From a virus (Duplodnaviria > Heunggongvirae > Uroviricota > Caudoviricetes), in IMG/VR virus record IMGVR_UViG_2537561936_000015: a stretch of 45,623 nt of DNA, one strand, 5' to 3'. Below the pieces are notes generated by a model. The model was not told the origin of the DNA, ran no database searches, and saw only the letters and a list, made by a program, of their open reading frames with translations. Positions within the stretch are counted from its first letter, which is position 1. Each line of letters opens with the position of its first letter. The position numbers and the translations under genes are program-made. This document shows, one piece after another, positions 30,965 through 40,957 of the stretch.

Positions 30965-31387
30965 ATGTTCCTGAAAACCGAATCATTTGAACATAACGGC
31001 GTGACCGTCACGCTTTCTGAACTGTCAGCCCTGCAGCGTATTGAGCATCTCGCCCTGATGAAACGGCAGGCAGAACAGGCGGAGTCAGACAGCAACCGGA
31101 AGTTTACTGTGGAAGACGCCATCAGAACCGGCGCGTTTCTGGTGGCGATGTCCCTGTGGCATAACCATCCGCAGAAGACGCAGATGCCGTCCATGAATGA
31201 AGCCGTTAAACAGATTGAGCAGGAAGTGCTTACCACCTGGCCTACAGAGGCAATTTCTCATGCTGAAAACGTGGTGTACCGGCTGTCTGGTATGTATGAG
31301 TTTGTGGTGAATAATGCCCCTGAACAGACAGAGGACGCCGGGCCCGCAGAGCCTGTTTCTGCGGGAAAGTGTTCGACGGTGAGCTGA
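30965..31387 (+). CDS. G: Tail assembly chaperone G
   Basis: 140-aa ORF recognised as lambda gpG. Confidence 0.95.
   Translation: MFLKTESFEHNGVTVTLSELSALQRIEHLALMKRQAEQAESDSNRKFTVEDAIRTGAFLVAMSLWHNHPQKTQMPSMNEAVKQIEQEVLTTWPTEAISHAENVVYRLSGMYEFVVNNAPEQTEDAGPAEPVSAGKCSTVS
31362..31368 (+). promoter_or_regulatory. Slippery heptamer GGGAAAG for programmed -1 frameshift producing G-T fusion
   Basis: G GGA AAG at the 3' end of G, with T ORF open in the -1 frame. Confidence 0.7.
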
Positions 31388-31803
31388 GTTTTGCCCTGAA
31401 ACTGGCGCGTGAGATGGGGCGACCCGACTGGCGTGCCATGCTTGCCGGGATGTCATCCACGGAGTATGCCGACTGGCACCGCTTTTACAGTACCCATTAT
31501 TTTCATGATGTTCTGCTGGATATGCACTTTTCCGGGCTGACGTACACCGTGCTCAGCCTGTTTTTCAGCGATCCGGATATGCATCCGCTGGATTTCAGTC
31601 TGCTGAACCGGCGTGAGGCTGACGAAGAGCCTGAAGATGATGTGCTGATGCAGAAAGCGGCAGGGCTTGCCGGAGGTGTCCGCTTTGGCCCGGACGGGAA
31701 TGAAGTTATCCCTACTTCCCCGGATGTGGCGGACATGACGGAGGATGACGTAATGCTGATGACAGTATCAGAAGGGATCGCAGGAGGAGTCCGGTATGGC
31801 TGA
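31369..31803 (+). CDS. T: Tail assembly protein T (expressed as G-T fusion by -1 frameshift)
   Basis: 144-aa open frame overlapping G 3' end; recognised as lambda gpT region. Confidence 0.85.
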   Translation: MFDGELSFALKLAREMGRPDWRAMLAGMSSTEYADWHRFYSTHYFHDVLLDMHFSGLTYTVLSLFFSDPDMHPLDFSLLNRREADEEPEDDVLMQKAAGLAGGVRFGPDGNEVIPTSPDVADMTEDDVMLMTVSEGIAGGVRYG

Positions 31804-34375
31804 ACCGGTAGGCGATCTGGTCGTTGATTTGAGTCTGGATGCGGCCAGATTTGACGAGCAGATGACCAGAGTCAGGCGTCATTTTTCCGGTACGGAAAGT
31901 GATGCGAAAAAAACAGCGGCAGTCGTTGAACAGTCGCTGAGCCGACAGGCGCTGGCTGCACAGAAAGCGGGGATTTCCGTCGGGCAGTATAAAGCCGCCA
32001 TGCGTATGCTGCCTGCACAGTTCACCGACGTGGCCACGCAGCTTGCAGGCGGGCAAAGTCCGTGGCTGATCCTGCTGCAACAGGGTGGTCAGGTTAAGGA
32101 CTCCTTCGGCGGGATGATCCCCATGTTCCGGGGGCTTGCCGGTGCGATCACCCTGCCGATGGTGGGGGCCACCTCGCTGGCGGTGGCGACCGGTGCGCTG
32201 GCGTATGCCTGGTATCAGGGCAACTCAACCCTGTCCGATTTCAACAAAACGCTGGTCCTTTCCGGCAATCAGGCGGGACTGACGGCAGATCGTATGCTGG
32301 TCCTGTCCAGAGCCGGGCAGGCGGCAGGGCTGACGTTTAACCAGACCAGCGAGTCACTGACGGCGCTGGTGAATGCCGGTGTGCGTGGTGGTGAGCAGTT
32401 TGAGGCGATCAGCCAGAGTGTGGCGCGTTTCTCCTCTGCATCCGGCGTGGAGGTGGACAAGGTCGCTGAAGCCTTCGGGAAGCTGACCACAGACCCGACG
32501 TCGGGACTGACAGCGATGGCACGTCAGTTCCATAACGTGACGGCGGAGCAGATTGCGTATGTTGCTCAGTTGCAGCGTTCCGGAGATGAAGCCGGGGCAT
32601 TGCAGGCGGCGAACGAGGCCGCAACGAAAGGGTTTGATGACCAGACCCGCCGCCTGAAAGAGAACATGGGCACGCTGGAGACCTGGGCAGACAGGACAGC
32701 ACGGGCATTCAAATCCATGTGGGATTCGGTGCTGGATATTGGTCGCCCGGACACTGCCCAGGGAATGCTGGAGAAAGCAGAAAAGGCTTTTGATGAGGCG
32801 GACAAAAAATGGCAGTGGTATCAGAGCCGGAGCCACCGGCGCGGTAAAACCTCAGCATTTCTTGCCAATCTCCGGGGAGCATGGGAGGACAGAGCGAATG
32901 CGCAACTTGGGCTTTCAGCCGCCACGTTGCAGGCCGATCTTGAAAAGGCCAGAGAGATGGCAGCAAAGGACTGGGCCGAGTCTGAGGCATCACGGCTGAA
33001 ATATACCGAAGAGGCGCAGAAGGCTTACGAACGGCTGCAGACGCCGCTGGAGAAATATACCGCCCGTCAGGAAGAACTGAACAAGGCACTGAAAGACGGG
33101 AAAATCCTGCAGGCGGATTACAACACGCTGATGGCGGCGGCGAAAAAGGATTATGAAGCGACGCTGAAAAAGCCGAAACAGTCCGGCGTGAAGGTGTCTG
33201 CGGGCGATCGTCAGGAAGACAGTGCTCATGCTGCCCTGCTGATGCTTCAGACAGAACTCCGGACGCTGGAGAAGCATGCCGGAGCGAATGAGAAAATCAG
33301 CCAGCAGCGCCGGGATTTGTGGAAGGCAGAAAGTCAGTTCGCGGTACTGGAGGAGGCGGCGCAACGTCGTCAGTTGTCTGCACAGGAGAAATCCCTGCTG
33401 GCGCATAAAGATGAGACGCTGGAGTACAAACGCCAGCTGGCTGCACTTGGCGACAAGGTTACGTATCAGGAGCGCCTGAACGCGCTGGCGCAGCAGGCGG
33501 ATAAATTCGCACAGCAGCAACGGGCAAAACGGGCCGCCATTGATGCGAAAAGCCGGGGGCTGACTGACCGGCAGGCAGAACGGGAAGCCACGGAACAGCG
33601 CCTGAAGGAACAGTATGGCGATAATCCGCTGGCGCTGAATAACGTCATGTCAGAGCAGAAAAAGACCTGGGCGGCTGAAGACCAGCTTCGCGGGAGCTGG
33701 ATGGCAGGCCTGAAGTCCGGCTGGAGTGAGTGGGAAGAGAGCGCCACGGACAGTATGTCGCAGGTTAAAAGTGCAGCCACGCAGACCTTTGATGGTATTG
33801 CACAGAATATGGCGGCGATGCTGACCGGCAGTGAGCAGAACTGGCGCAGCTTCACCCGTTCCGTGCTGTCCATGATGACAGAAATTCTGCTTAAGCAGGC
33901 AATGGTGGGGATTGTCGGGAGTATCGGCAGCGCCATTGGCGGTGCTGCCAGTGGTGGAGCATCCGCGTCAGGCGGTACAGCCATTCAGGCCGCTGCGGCG
34001 AAATTCCATTTTGCGACCGGGGGATTTACGGGAACCGGCGGCAAATATGAGCCAGCGGGGATTGTTCACCGTGGTGAATTTGTCTTCACGAAGGAGGCAA
34101 CCAGCCGGATTGGTGTCGGCAACCTGTACCGCCTGATGCGGGGCTATGCGGAAGGTGGTTATGTGGGCGGTGCCGGAAGTCCGGCGCAGATGCGGCGGGC
34201 TGAAGGCATTAATTTTAATCAGAACAATCACGTGGTGATTCAGAACGACGGTACGAATGGTCTGCCAGGTCCACAGATGATGAAGGCAGTGTATGACATG
34301 GCCCGCAAGGGTGCCCGTGATGAAATTCAGACACAGATGCGTGATGGTGGCCTGTTCTCCGGAGGTGGACGATGA
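31796..34375 (+). CDS. H: Tail tape-measure protein H
   Basis: 859-aa ORF MAEPVGDLVVDLSLDAARFDEQM.. recognised as lambda gpH with a divergent central segment. Confidence 0.95.
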   Translation: MAEPVGDLVVDLSLDAARFDEQMTRVRRHFSGTESDAKKTAAVVEQSLSRQALAAQKAGISVGQYKAAMRMLPAQFTDVATQLAGGQSPWLILLQQGGQVKDSFGGMIPMFRGLAGAITLPMVGATSLAVATGALAYAWYQGNSTLSDFNKTLVLSGNQAGLTADRMLVLSRAGQAAGLTFNQTSESLTALVNAGVRGGEQFEAISQSVARFSSASGVEVDKVAEAFGKLTTDPTSGLTAMARQFHNVTAEQIAYVAQLQRSGDEAGALQAANEAATKGFDDQTRRLKENMGTLETWADRTARAFKSMWDSVLDIGRPDTAQGMLEKAEKAFDEADKKWQWYQSRSHRRGKTSAFLANLRGAWEDRANAQLGLSAATLQADLEKAREMAAKDWAESEASRLKYTEEAQKAYERLQTPLEKYTARQEELNKALKDGKILQADYNTLMAAAKKDYEATLKKPKQSGVKVSAGDRQEDSAHAALLMLQTELRTLEKHAGANEKISQQRRDLWKAESQFAVLEEAAQRRQLSAQEKSLLAHKDETLEYKRQLAALGDKVTYQERLNALAQQADKFAQQQRAKRAAIDAKSRGLTDRQAEREATEQRLKEQYGDNPLALNNVMSEQKKTWAAEDQLRGSWMAGLKSGWSEWEESATDSMSQVKSAATQTFDGIAQNMAAMLTGSEQNWRSFTRSVLSMMTEILLKQAMVGIVGSIGSAIGGAASGGASASGGTAIQAAAAKFHFATGGFTGTGGKYEPAGIVHRGEFVFTKEATSRIGVGNLYRLMRGYAEGGYVGGAGSPAQMRRAEGINFNQNNHVVIQNDGTNGLPGPQMMKAVYDMARKGARDEIQTQMRDGGLFSGGGR

Positions 34376-34701
34376 AAACCTTCCGCTGGAAAGTGAAACC
34401 CGGTATGGATGTGGCTTCGGCCCCTTCTGTAAGAAAGGTGCGCTTTGGTGATGGCTATTCCCAGCGAGCGCCTGCCGGGCTGAATGCCAACCTGAAAACG
34501 TACAGCGTGACGCTTTCTGTCCCCCGTGAGGAGGCCACGGTACTGGAGTCGTTTCTGGCTGAGCACGGGGGCTGGAAATCCTTTCTGTGGACGCCGCCTT
34601 ATGAGTGGCGGCAGATAAAGGTGACCTGCGCAAAATGGTCGTCGCGGGTCAGTATGTTGCGTGTTGAGTTCAGCGCAGAGTTTGAACAGGTGGTGAACTG
34701 A
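34372..34701 (+). CDS. M: Tail tip protein M
   Basis: 109-aa ORF recognised as lambda gpM. Confidence 0.95.
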   Translation: MKTFRWKVKPGMDVASAPSVRKVRFGDGYSQRAPAGLNANLKTYSVTLSVPREEATVLESFLAEHGGWKSFLWTPPYEWRQIKVTCAKWSSRVSMLRVEFSAEFEQVVN

Positions 34702-35399
34702 TGCAGGATATCCGACAGGAAACACTGAATGAATGCACCCGTGCGGAGCAGTCGGCCAGCGTGGTGCTCTGGGAAATCGACCTGACAGAGGTCGGTGGAG
34801 AACGTTATTTTTTCTGTAATGAGCAGAACGAAAAAGGTGAGCCGGTCACCTGGCAGGGGCGACAGTATCAGCCGTATCCCATTCAGGGGAGTGGTTTTGA
34901 ACTGAATGGCAAAGGCACCAGTACGCGCCCCACGCTGACGGTTTCTAACCTGTACGGTATGGTCACTGGGATGGCGGAAGATATGCAGAGTCTGGTCGGC
35001 GGAACGGTGGTCCGGCGTAAGGTTTACGCCCGTTTTCTGGATGCGGTGAACTTCGTCAACGGAAACAGTTACGCCGATCCGGAGCAGGAGGTGATCAGCC
35101 GCTGGCGCATTGAGCAGTGCAGCGAACTGAGCGCGGTGAGTGCCTCCTTTGTACTGTCCACGCCGACGGAAACGGATGGCGCTGTTTTTCCGGGACGTAT
35201 CATGCTGGCCAACACCTGCACCTGGACCTATCGCGGCGATGAGTGCGGTTATCACGGTCCGGCTGTCGCGGATGAATATGACCAGCCAACGTCCGATATC
35301 ACGAAGGATAAATGCAGCAAATGCCTGAGCGGTTGTAAGTTCCGCAATAACGTCGGCAACTTTGGCGGCTTCCTTTCCATTAACAAACTTTCGCAGTAA
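34701..35399 (+). CDS. L: Tail tip protein L
   Basis: 232-aa ORF recognised as lambda gpL (Cys cluster near C-terminus). Confidence 0.95.
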   Translation: MQDIRQETLNECTRAEQSASVVLWEIDLTEVGGERYFFCNEQNEKGEPVTWQGRQYQPYPIQGSGFELNGKGTSTRPTLTVSNLYGMVTGMAEDMQSLVGGTVVRRKVYARFLDAVNFVNGNSYADPEQEVISRWRIEQCSELSAVSASFVLSTPTETDGAVFPGRIMLANTCTWTYRGDECGYHGPAVADEYDQPTSDITKDKCSKCLSGCKFRNNVGNFGGFLSINKLSQ

Positions 35400-35404
35400 A
35401 TCCC

Positions 35405-36148
35405 ATGACACAGACAGAATCAGCGATTCTGGCGCACGCCCGGCGATGTGCGCCAGCGGAGTCGTGCGGCTTCGTGGTAAGCACGCCGGAGGGGGAAAGA
35501 TATTTTCCCTGCGTGAATATTTCCGGTGAGCCGGAGGCGTATTTCCGTATGTCGCCGGAAGACTGGCTGCAGGCAGAAATGCAGGGTGAGATTGTGGCGC
35601 TGGTCCACAGCCACCCCGGTGGTCTGCCCTGGCTGAGTGAGGCCGACCGGCGGCTGCAGGTGCAGAGTGATTTGCCGTGGTGGCTGGTCTGCCGGGGGAC
35701 GATTCATAAGTTCCGCTGTGTGCCGCATCTCACCGGGCGGCGCTTTGAGCACGGTGTGACGGACTGTTACACACTGTTCCGGGATGCTTATCATCTTGCA
35801 GGTATCGATTTGCCGGATTTTTACCGACATGATGACTGGTGGAAATCAGGTCAGAATCTCTATCTGGATAATCTGGAGGCCACAGGGCTGTATCAGGTGC
35901 CGTTGTCATCAGCACAACCGGGCGATGTGCTGCTGTGCTGCTTTGGTTCATCGGTGCCGAATCATGCCGCCATTTACTGTGGTGACGGCGAGCTGCTGCA
36001 CCATATTCCTGAACAACTGAGCAAACGAGAGAGGTATACCGACAAATGGCAGCGACGCACACACTCCCTCTGGCGTCACCAGGCATGGCACGTATCTGCC
36101 TTTACGGGGATTTACAACGATTTGGCCGCCGCATCGATCTGCGTGTGA
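35405..36148 (+). CDS. K: Tail tip assembly protein K (JAB/MPN + NlpC/P60 domains)
   Basis: 247-aa ORF with JAMM motif (ALVHSHPGG..SEAD) and NlpC/P60 Cys/His (DCYTLF, NHAAIY). Confidence 0.85.
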   Translation: MTQTESAILAHARRCAPAESCGFVVSTPEGERYFPCVNISGEPEAYFRMSPEDWLQAEMQGEIVALVHSHPGGLPWLSEADRRLQVQSDLPWWLVCRGTIHKFRCVPHLTGRRFEHGVTDCYTLFRDAYHLAGIDLPDFYRHDDWWKSGQNLYLDNLEATGLYQVPLSSAQPGDVLLCCFGSSVPNHAAIYCGDGELLHHIPEQLSKRERYTDKWQRRTHSLWRHQAWHVSAFTGIYNDLAAASICV

Positions 36149-36685
36149 AAACGGGGGCCGAAGCCATCCGGGCGCTGGCCATGCAGATCCCGGCGTTTCG
36201 TCAGAAGCTGAGCGACGGCTGGTATCAGGTACGCATTGCCGGGCGTGATACAGGTGAAACGGAATTATCAGCCCGTTTCATGAACTCTGGCTGATGGTGC
36301 TGTGATCCATATCGTGCCGCGTCTGGCAGGAGCCAAAAGTGGCGGTGTGTTTCAGGCTGTGCTGGGGGCGGCTGTTATGGCGGTTGCTATATGGATGCCG
36401 GGGGTAGGAATTATGGCGAGTAATCTGCTGTTTTCTCTCGGTGCCAGTATGACGCTTGGCGGTGTTGCACAGATGCTGGCCCCTAAACCCAAAACCCCCC
36501 GCACACAGACAACGGATAACGGCAAACAGAACACCTATTTTTCTTCACTGGATAACATGGTTGCCCAGGGCAATGTTCTGCCTGTTCTGTACGGTGAAAT
36601 GCGCGTGGGGTCACGCGTGGTTTCTCAGGAGATCAGCACGGCAGACGAAGGGGATGGTGGTCAGGTTGTGGTGATTGGTCGCTGA
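36046..36685 (+). pseudogene. I: Tail tip assembly protein I, split into two reading frames (36046-36294 and 36302-36685)
   Basis: N-terminal part (MAATHTLPLASPGMARICLYGDLQRFGRRIDLRVKTG..) ends at TGA 36292-36294; C-terminal part (..AVIHIVPRLAGAKSGG..QVVVIGR) is in the +1 frame; span is 640 nt, not a multiple of 3. Confidence 0.6.
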
Positions 36686-36745
36686 TGCAAAATGTTTTAT
36701 GTGAAACCGCCTGCGGGCGGTTTTGTCATTTATGGAGCGTGAGGA

Positions 36746-39700
36746 ATGGGTAAAGGCAGCAGTAAGGGGCATACCCCGCGCGAAGCGAAGGACAACCTGA
36801 AGTCCACGCAGCTGCTGAGTGTGATCGATGCCATCAGCGAAGGGCCGGTTGAAGGTCCGGTGGATGGATTAAAAAGCGTGCTGCTGAACAGTACGCCGGT
36901 GCTGGACACTGAGGGGAATACCAACATCTCCGGTGTCACGGTGGTGTTCCGTGCCGGTGAGCAGGAGCAGACACCGCCGGAGGGGTTTGAATCCTCCGGC
37001 TCCGAGACGGTGCTGGGTACGGAAGTGAAATATGACACGCCGATCACCCGCACCATTACGTCTGCAAACATCGACCGTCTGCGCTTTACCTTCGGTGTGC
37101 AGGCACTGGTGGAAACCACCTCAAAGGGGGACCGGAATCCGTCGGAAGTCCGCCTGCTGGTTCAGATACAGCGTAACGGTGGCTGGGTGACGGAAAAAGA
37201 CATCACCATTAAGGGCAAAACCACCTCGCAGTATCTGGCCTCGGTGGTGGTGGATAACCTGCCGCCGCGCCCGTTTAATATCCGGATGCGCAGGATGACG
37301 CCGGACAGCACCACAGACCAGCTGCAGAACAAAACGCTCTGGTCGTCATACACCGAAATCATCGATGTGAAACAGTGCTACCCGAACACGGCACTGGTCG
37401 GCGTGCAGGTGGACTCGGAACAGTTCGGCAGCCAGCAGGTGAGCCGTAATTATCATCTTCGCGGGCGTATTCTGCAGGTGCCGTCGAACTATAACCCGCA
37501 GACGCGGCAATACAGCGGTATCTGGGACGGAACGTTTAAGCCAGCATACAGCAACAACATGGCCTGGTGTATGTGGGATATGCTGACCCATCCGCGCTAC
37601 GGCATGGGGAAGCGTCTCGGTGCAGCGGATGTAGATAAATGGGCGCTGTATGTCATCGGCCAGAATTGCGACCAGTCGGTGCCGGATGGCTTTGGTGGCA
37701 CGGAGCCGCGCATCACCTGTAATGCCTGGCTGACCACACAGCGCAAGGCGTGGGATGTTCTCAGTGATTTCTGCTCGGCGATGCGCTGTATGCCGGTATG
37801 GAACGGGCAGACGCTGACGTTCGTGCAGGACCGACCGTCGGATAAGGTGTGGACCTATAACCGCAGTAATGTGGTGATGCCGGATGATGGCGCGCCGTTC
37901 CGCTACAGCTTCAGTGCCCTGAAGGACCGTCATAATGCCGTTGAGGTGAACTGGATTGACCCGGATAACGGCTGGGAGACGGCGACAGAGCTTGTTGAAG
38001 ATACGCAGGCCATTGCCCGTTACGGTCGTAACGTCACGAAGATGGATGCCTTTGGCTGTACCAGCCGGGGGCAGGCGCACCGCGCCGGGCTGTGGCTGAT
38101 TAAAACGGAACTACTGGAAACGCAGACCGTGGACTTCAGCGTGGGTGCGGAAGGGCTTCTCCATGTGCCGGGCGATGTCATTGAAATCTGCGATGATGAC
38201 TATGCGGGGATCAGCACCGGCGGGCGCGTGCTGGCGGTGAACAGCCAGACCCGGACGCTGACGCTCGACCGTGAAATCACGCTGCCATCCTCCGGTACCA
38301 CGCTGATAAGCCTGGTTGACGGAAGTGGCAATCCGGTCAGCGTGGAGGTCCAGTCCGTCACCGACGGCGTGAAGGTAAAAGTGAGCCGTGTTCCTGACGG
38401 CGTTGCCGGATACAGCGTATGGGGGCTGAAGCTGCCGACGCTGCGCCAGCGCCTGTTCCGCTGCGTGAGTATCCGTGAGAACGACGACGGCACGTATGCC
38501 ATCACCGCCGTGCAGCATGTACCGGAAAAAGAAGCCATCGTGGATAACGGGGCGCACTTTGACGGCGACCAGAGCGGCACGGTGAATGGTGTCACGCCGC
38601 CAGCAGTGCAGCACCTGACTGCCGAAGTCACCGCAGACAGCGGGGAGTATCAGGTACTGGCCCGCTGGGACACGCCGAAGGTGGTGAAGGGCGTGAGTTT
38701 CCTGCTCCGTCTGACCGTGACAGCGGATGACGGCAGTGAGCGGCTGGTCAGCACAGCCAGGACGACGGAAACCACATACCGCTTCACGCAACTGGCGCTG
38801 GGAAATTACAGGCTGACAGTCCGGGCGGTAAATGCGTGGGGACAGCAGGGCGATCCGGCATCGGTATCGTTCCGGATTGCCGCACCGGCAGCACCGTCGC
38901 GGATTGAGCTGACGCCGGGCTATTTTCAGATAACCGCCACGCCGCATCTTGCGGTTTATGATCCGACGGTACAGTTTGAGTTCTGGTTCTCGGAAAAGCG
39001 GATTGCGGATATCAGGCAGGTTGAAACCACAGCACGCTATCTTGGCACGGCGCTGTACTGGATAGCCGCCAGTATCAATATCAGGCCGGGCCATAATTAT
39101 TATTTTTACGTTCGCAGTGTGAACACCGTTGGCAAATCGGCATTCGTGGAGGCTGTTGGTCAGCCGAGTGATGACGCATCCGGCTATCTGGATTTTTTCA
39201 AAGGCGAGATAGGGAAAACCCATCTGGCTCAGGAGCTGTGGACGCAGATTGATAACGGTCAGCTTGCGCCTGACCTGGCTGAAATCAGGACATCCATTAC
39301 GGATGTCAGCAATGAAATCACACAGACCGTCAATAAGAAACTGGAAGACCAGAGTGCAGCGATCCAGCAGATACAGAAGGTTCAGGTTGATACAAATAAT
39401 AATCTGAACAGCATGTGGGCTGTGAAGCTGCAGCAGATGCAGGACGGACGCCTTTATATCGCGGGTATCGGTGCCGGTATTGAGAACACCTCCGACGGCA
39501 TGCAGAGTCAGGTGCTGCTGGCGGCAGACAGGATTGCGATGATTAATCCTGCGAATGGCAACACAAAGCCGATGTTTGTTGGTCAGGGCGATCAGATATT
39601 CATGAACGAAGTGTTCCTGAAATATCTGACGGCTCCCACCATTACCAGCGGCGGTAATCCTCCGGCATTTTCCCTGACACCGGACGGAAAGCTGACCGCT

Positions 39701-40225
39701 AAAAATGCGGATATCAGTGGCAGTGTGAATGCGAACGCCGGGACGCTCAACAACGTCACGATTAACGAGAACTGCCGGGTTCTGGGAAAACTGTCCGCGA
39801 ACCAGATTGAAGGCGATCTCGTTAAAACAGTGGGCAAAGCTTTCCCCCGGGACTCCCGTGCACCGGAGCGGTGGCCATCAGGGACCATTACCGTCAGGGT
39901 TTATGACGATCAGCCGTTTGACCGGCAAATTGTTATTCCGGCGGTGGCATTCAGTGGCGCTAAGCATGAGAGAGAGCATACTGATATTTACTCCTCATGC
40001 CGTCTGATAGTGCGGAAAAACGGTGCTGAAATTTATAACCGTACCGCGCTGGATAATACGCTGATTTACAGTGGCGTTATTGATATGCCTGCCGGTCACG
40101 GTCACATGACGCTGGAGTTTTCGGTATCAGCATGGCTGGTGAATAACTGGTATCCCACAGCAAGTATCAGCGATTTGCTGGTTGTGGTGATGAAGAAAGC
40201 CACCGCAGGCATCAGTATCAGCTGA
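36746..40225 (+). CDS. J: Tail tip / host-specificity protein J
   Basis: 1159-aa [48 protein letters not shown].. recognised as lambda gpJ family. Confidence 0.95.
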   Translation: MGKGSSKGHTPREAKDNLKSTQLLSVIDAISEGPVEGPVDGLKSVLLNSTPVLDTEGNTNISGVTVVFRAGEQEQTPPEGFESSGSETVLGTEVKYDTPITRTITSANIDRLRFTFGVQALVETTSKGDRNPSEVRLLVQIQRNGGWVTEKDITIKGKTTSQYLASVVVDNLPPRPFNIRMRRMTPDSTTDQLQNKTLWSSYTEIIDVKQCYPNTALVGVQVDSEQFGSQQVSRNYHLRGRILQVPSNYNPQTRQYSGIWDGTFKPAYSNNMAWCMWDMLTHPRYGMGKRLGAADVDKWALYVIGQNCDQSVPDGFGGTEPRITCNAWLTTQRKAWDVLSDFCSAMRCMPVWNGQTLTFVQDRPSDKVWTYNRSNVVMPDDGAPFRYSFSALKDRHNAVEVNWIDPDNGWETATELVEDTQAIARYGRNVTKMDAFGCTSRGQAHRAGLWLIKTELLETQTVDFSVGAEGLLHVPGDVIEICDDDYAGISTGGRVLAVNSQTRTLTLDREITLPSSGTTLISLVDGSGNPVSVEVQSVTDGVKVKVSRVPDGVAGYSVWGLKLPTLRQRLFRCVSIRENDDGTYAITAVQHVPEKEAIVDNGAHFDGDQSGTVNGVTPPAVQHLTAEVTADSGEYQVLARWDTPKVVKGVSFLLRLTVTADDGSERLVSTARTTETTYRFTQLALGNYRLTVRAVNAWGQQGDPASVSFRIAAPAAPSRIELTPGYFQITATPHLAVYDPTVQFEFWFSEKRIADIRQVETTARYLGTALYWIAASINIRPGHNYYFYVRSVNTVGKSAFVEAVGQPSDDASGYLDFFKGEIGKTHLAQELWTQIDNGQLAPDLAEIRTSITDVSNEITQTVNKKLEDQSAAIQQIQKVQVDTNNNLNSMWAVKLQQMQDGRLYIAGIGAGIENTSDGMQSQVLLAADRIAMINPANGNTKPMFVGQGDQIFMNEVFLKYLTAPTITSGGNPPAFSLTPDGKLTAKNADISGSVNANAGTLNNVTINENCRVLGKLSANQIEGDLVKTVGKAFPRDSRAPERWPSGTITVRVYDDQPFDRQIVIPAVAFSGAKHEREHTDIYSSCRLIVRKNGAEIYNRTALDNTLIYSGVIDMPAGHGHMTLEFSVSAWLVNNWYPTASISDLLVVVMKKATAGISIS

Positions 40226-40243
40226 ATTTTATAACCCATATAC

Positions 40244-40269
40244 GGGCGCCAGAAATGGCGCCTTTTTTA
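40244..40269 (+). terminator. Rho-independent terminator after J (GGCGCC-agaaat-GGCGCC + T6)
   Basis: Perfect 6-bp stem with T-run. Confidence 0.55.
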
Positions 40270-40292
40270 TTGCAGAAAAGCGAGAGGTAATT

Positions 40293-40892
40293 ATGCGTAA
40301 ATTATGTGCTGTTATTCTGTCCGCAGCCATCTGTCTGTCCGTATCCGGTGCGCCTGCATGGGCGTCTGAACATCAGTCCACACTGAACGCGGGGTATCTT
40401 CATGCCCGTACGAACGCTCCCGGCAGCGATAATCTGAACGGGATTAACGTGAAATACCGTTATGAGTTTACGGACACGCTGGGGCTGGTGACGTCATTCA
40501 GTTATGCCAATGCCAAAGATGAGCAAAAAACGCATTACAGCGATACCCGCTGGCATGAAGATTCCGTGCGTAACCGCTGGTTCAGCGTGATGGCGGGGCC
40601 GTCTGTACGCGTGAATGAATGGTTCAGCGCGTATGCGATGGCGGGTGTGGCTTACAGCCGTGTGTCGACTTTCTCCGGGGATTATCTCCGCGTAACTGAC
40701 AACAAGGGGAAAACGCACGACGTGCTGACCGGAAGTGATGACGGTCGCCACAGCAATACCTCTCTGGCGTGGGGAGCTGGCGTGCAGTTTAACCCGACCG
40801 AATCCGTGGCCGTTGATGTCGCTTATGAAGGCTCCGGCAGCGGTGACTGGCGTACCAACAGTTTCATCGTGGGTGTCGGCTATAAATTCTGA
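40293..40892 (+). CDS. lom: Outer membrane protein Lom (Ail/Lom family)
   Basis: 199-aa ORF with signal peptide, C-terminal ..GVGYKF beta-barrel signature; position after J as in lambda. Confidence 0.9.
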   Translation: MRKLCAVILSAAICLSVSGAPAWASEHQSTLNAGYLHARTNAPGSDNLNGINVKYRYEFTDTLGLVTSFSYANAKDEQKTHYSDTRWHEDSVRNRWFSVMAGPSVRVNEWFSAYAMAGVAYSRVSTFSGDYLRVTDNKGKTHDVLTGSDDGRHSNTSLAWGAGVQFNPTESVAVDVAYEGSGSGDWRTNSFIVGVGYKF

Positions 40893-40918
40893 TTAGCCAG
40901 GTAACACAGTGTTATGAC

Positions 40919-40946
40919 AGCCCGCCGGTTCAGGCGGGCTTTTTTG
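40919..40946 (+). terminator. Rho-independent terminator after lom (AGCCCGCC-ggttca-GGCGGGCT + T5)
   Basis: Perfect 8-bp stem with T-run. Confidence 0.55.
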
Positions 40947-40957
40947 TGGGGGGGAAT

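Noticed and set aside
34599-35411. 270-aa minus-strand ORF
   Set aside because: Antisense across tail genes M and L, which are recognised on the plus strand
35405-36148. Possible frameshift fusion in K (247 aa versus the 199 aa I half-remembered for lambda K)
   Set aside because: Both JAB/MPN and NlpC/P60 motifs are intact in one frame; my recollection of the lambda K length is not reliable enough to call a lesion
38111-39223. 370-aa ORF on minus strand
   Set aside because: Lies entirely antisense within tail gene J; Arg/Cys-rich composition typical of antisense frames in GC-rich coding DNA
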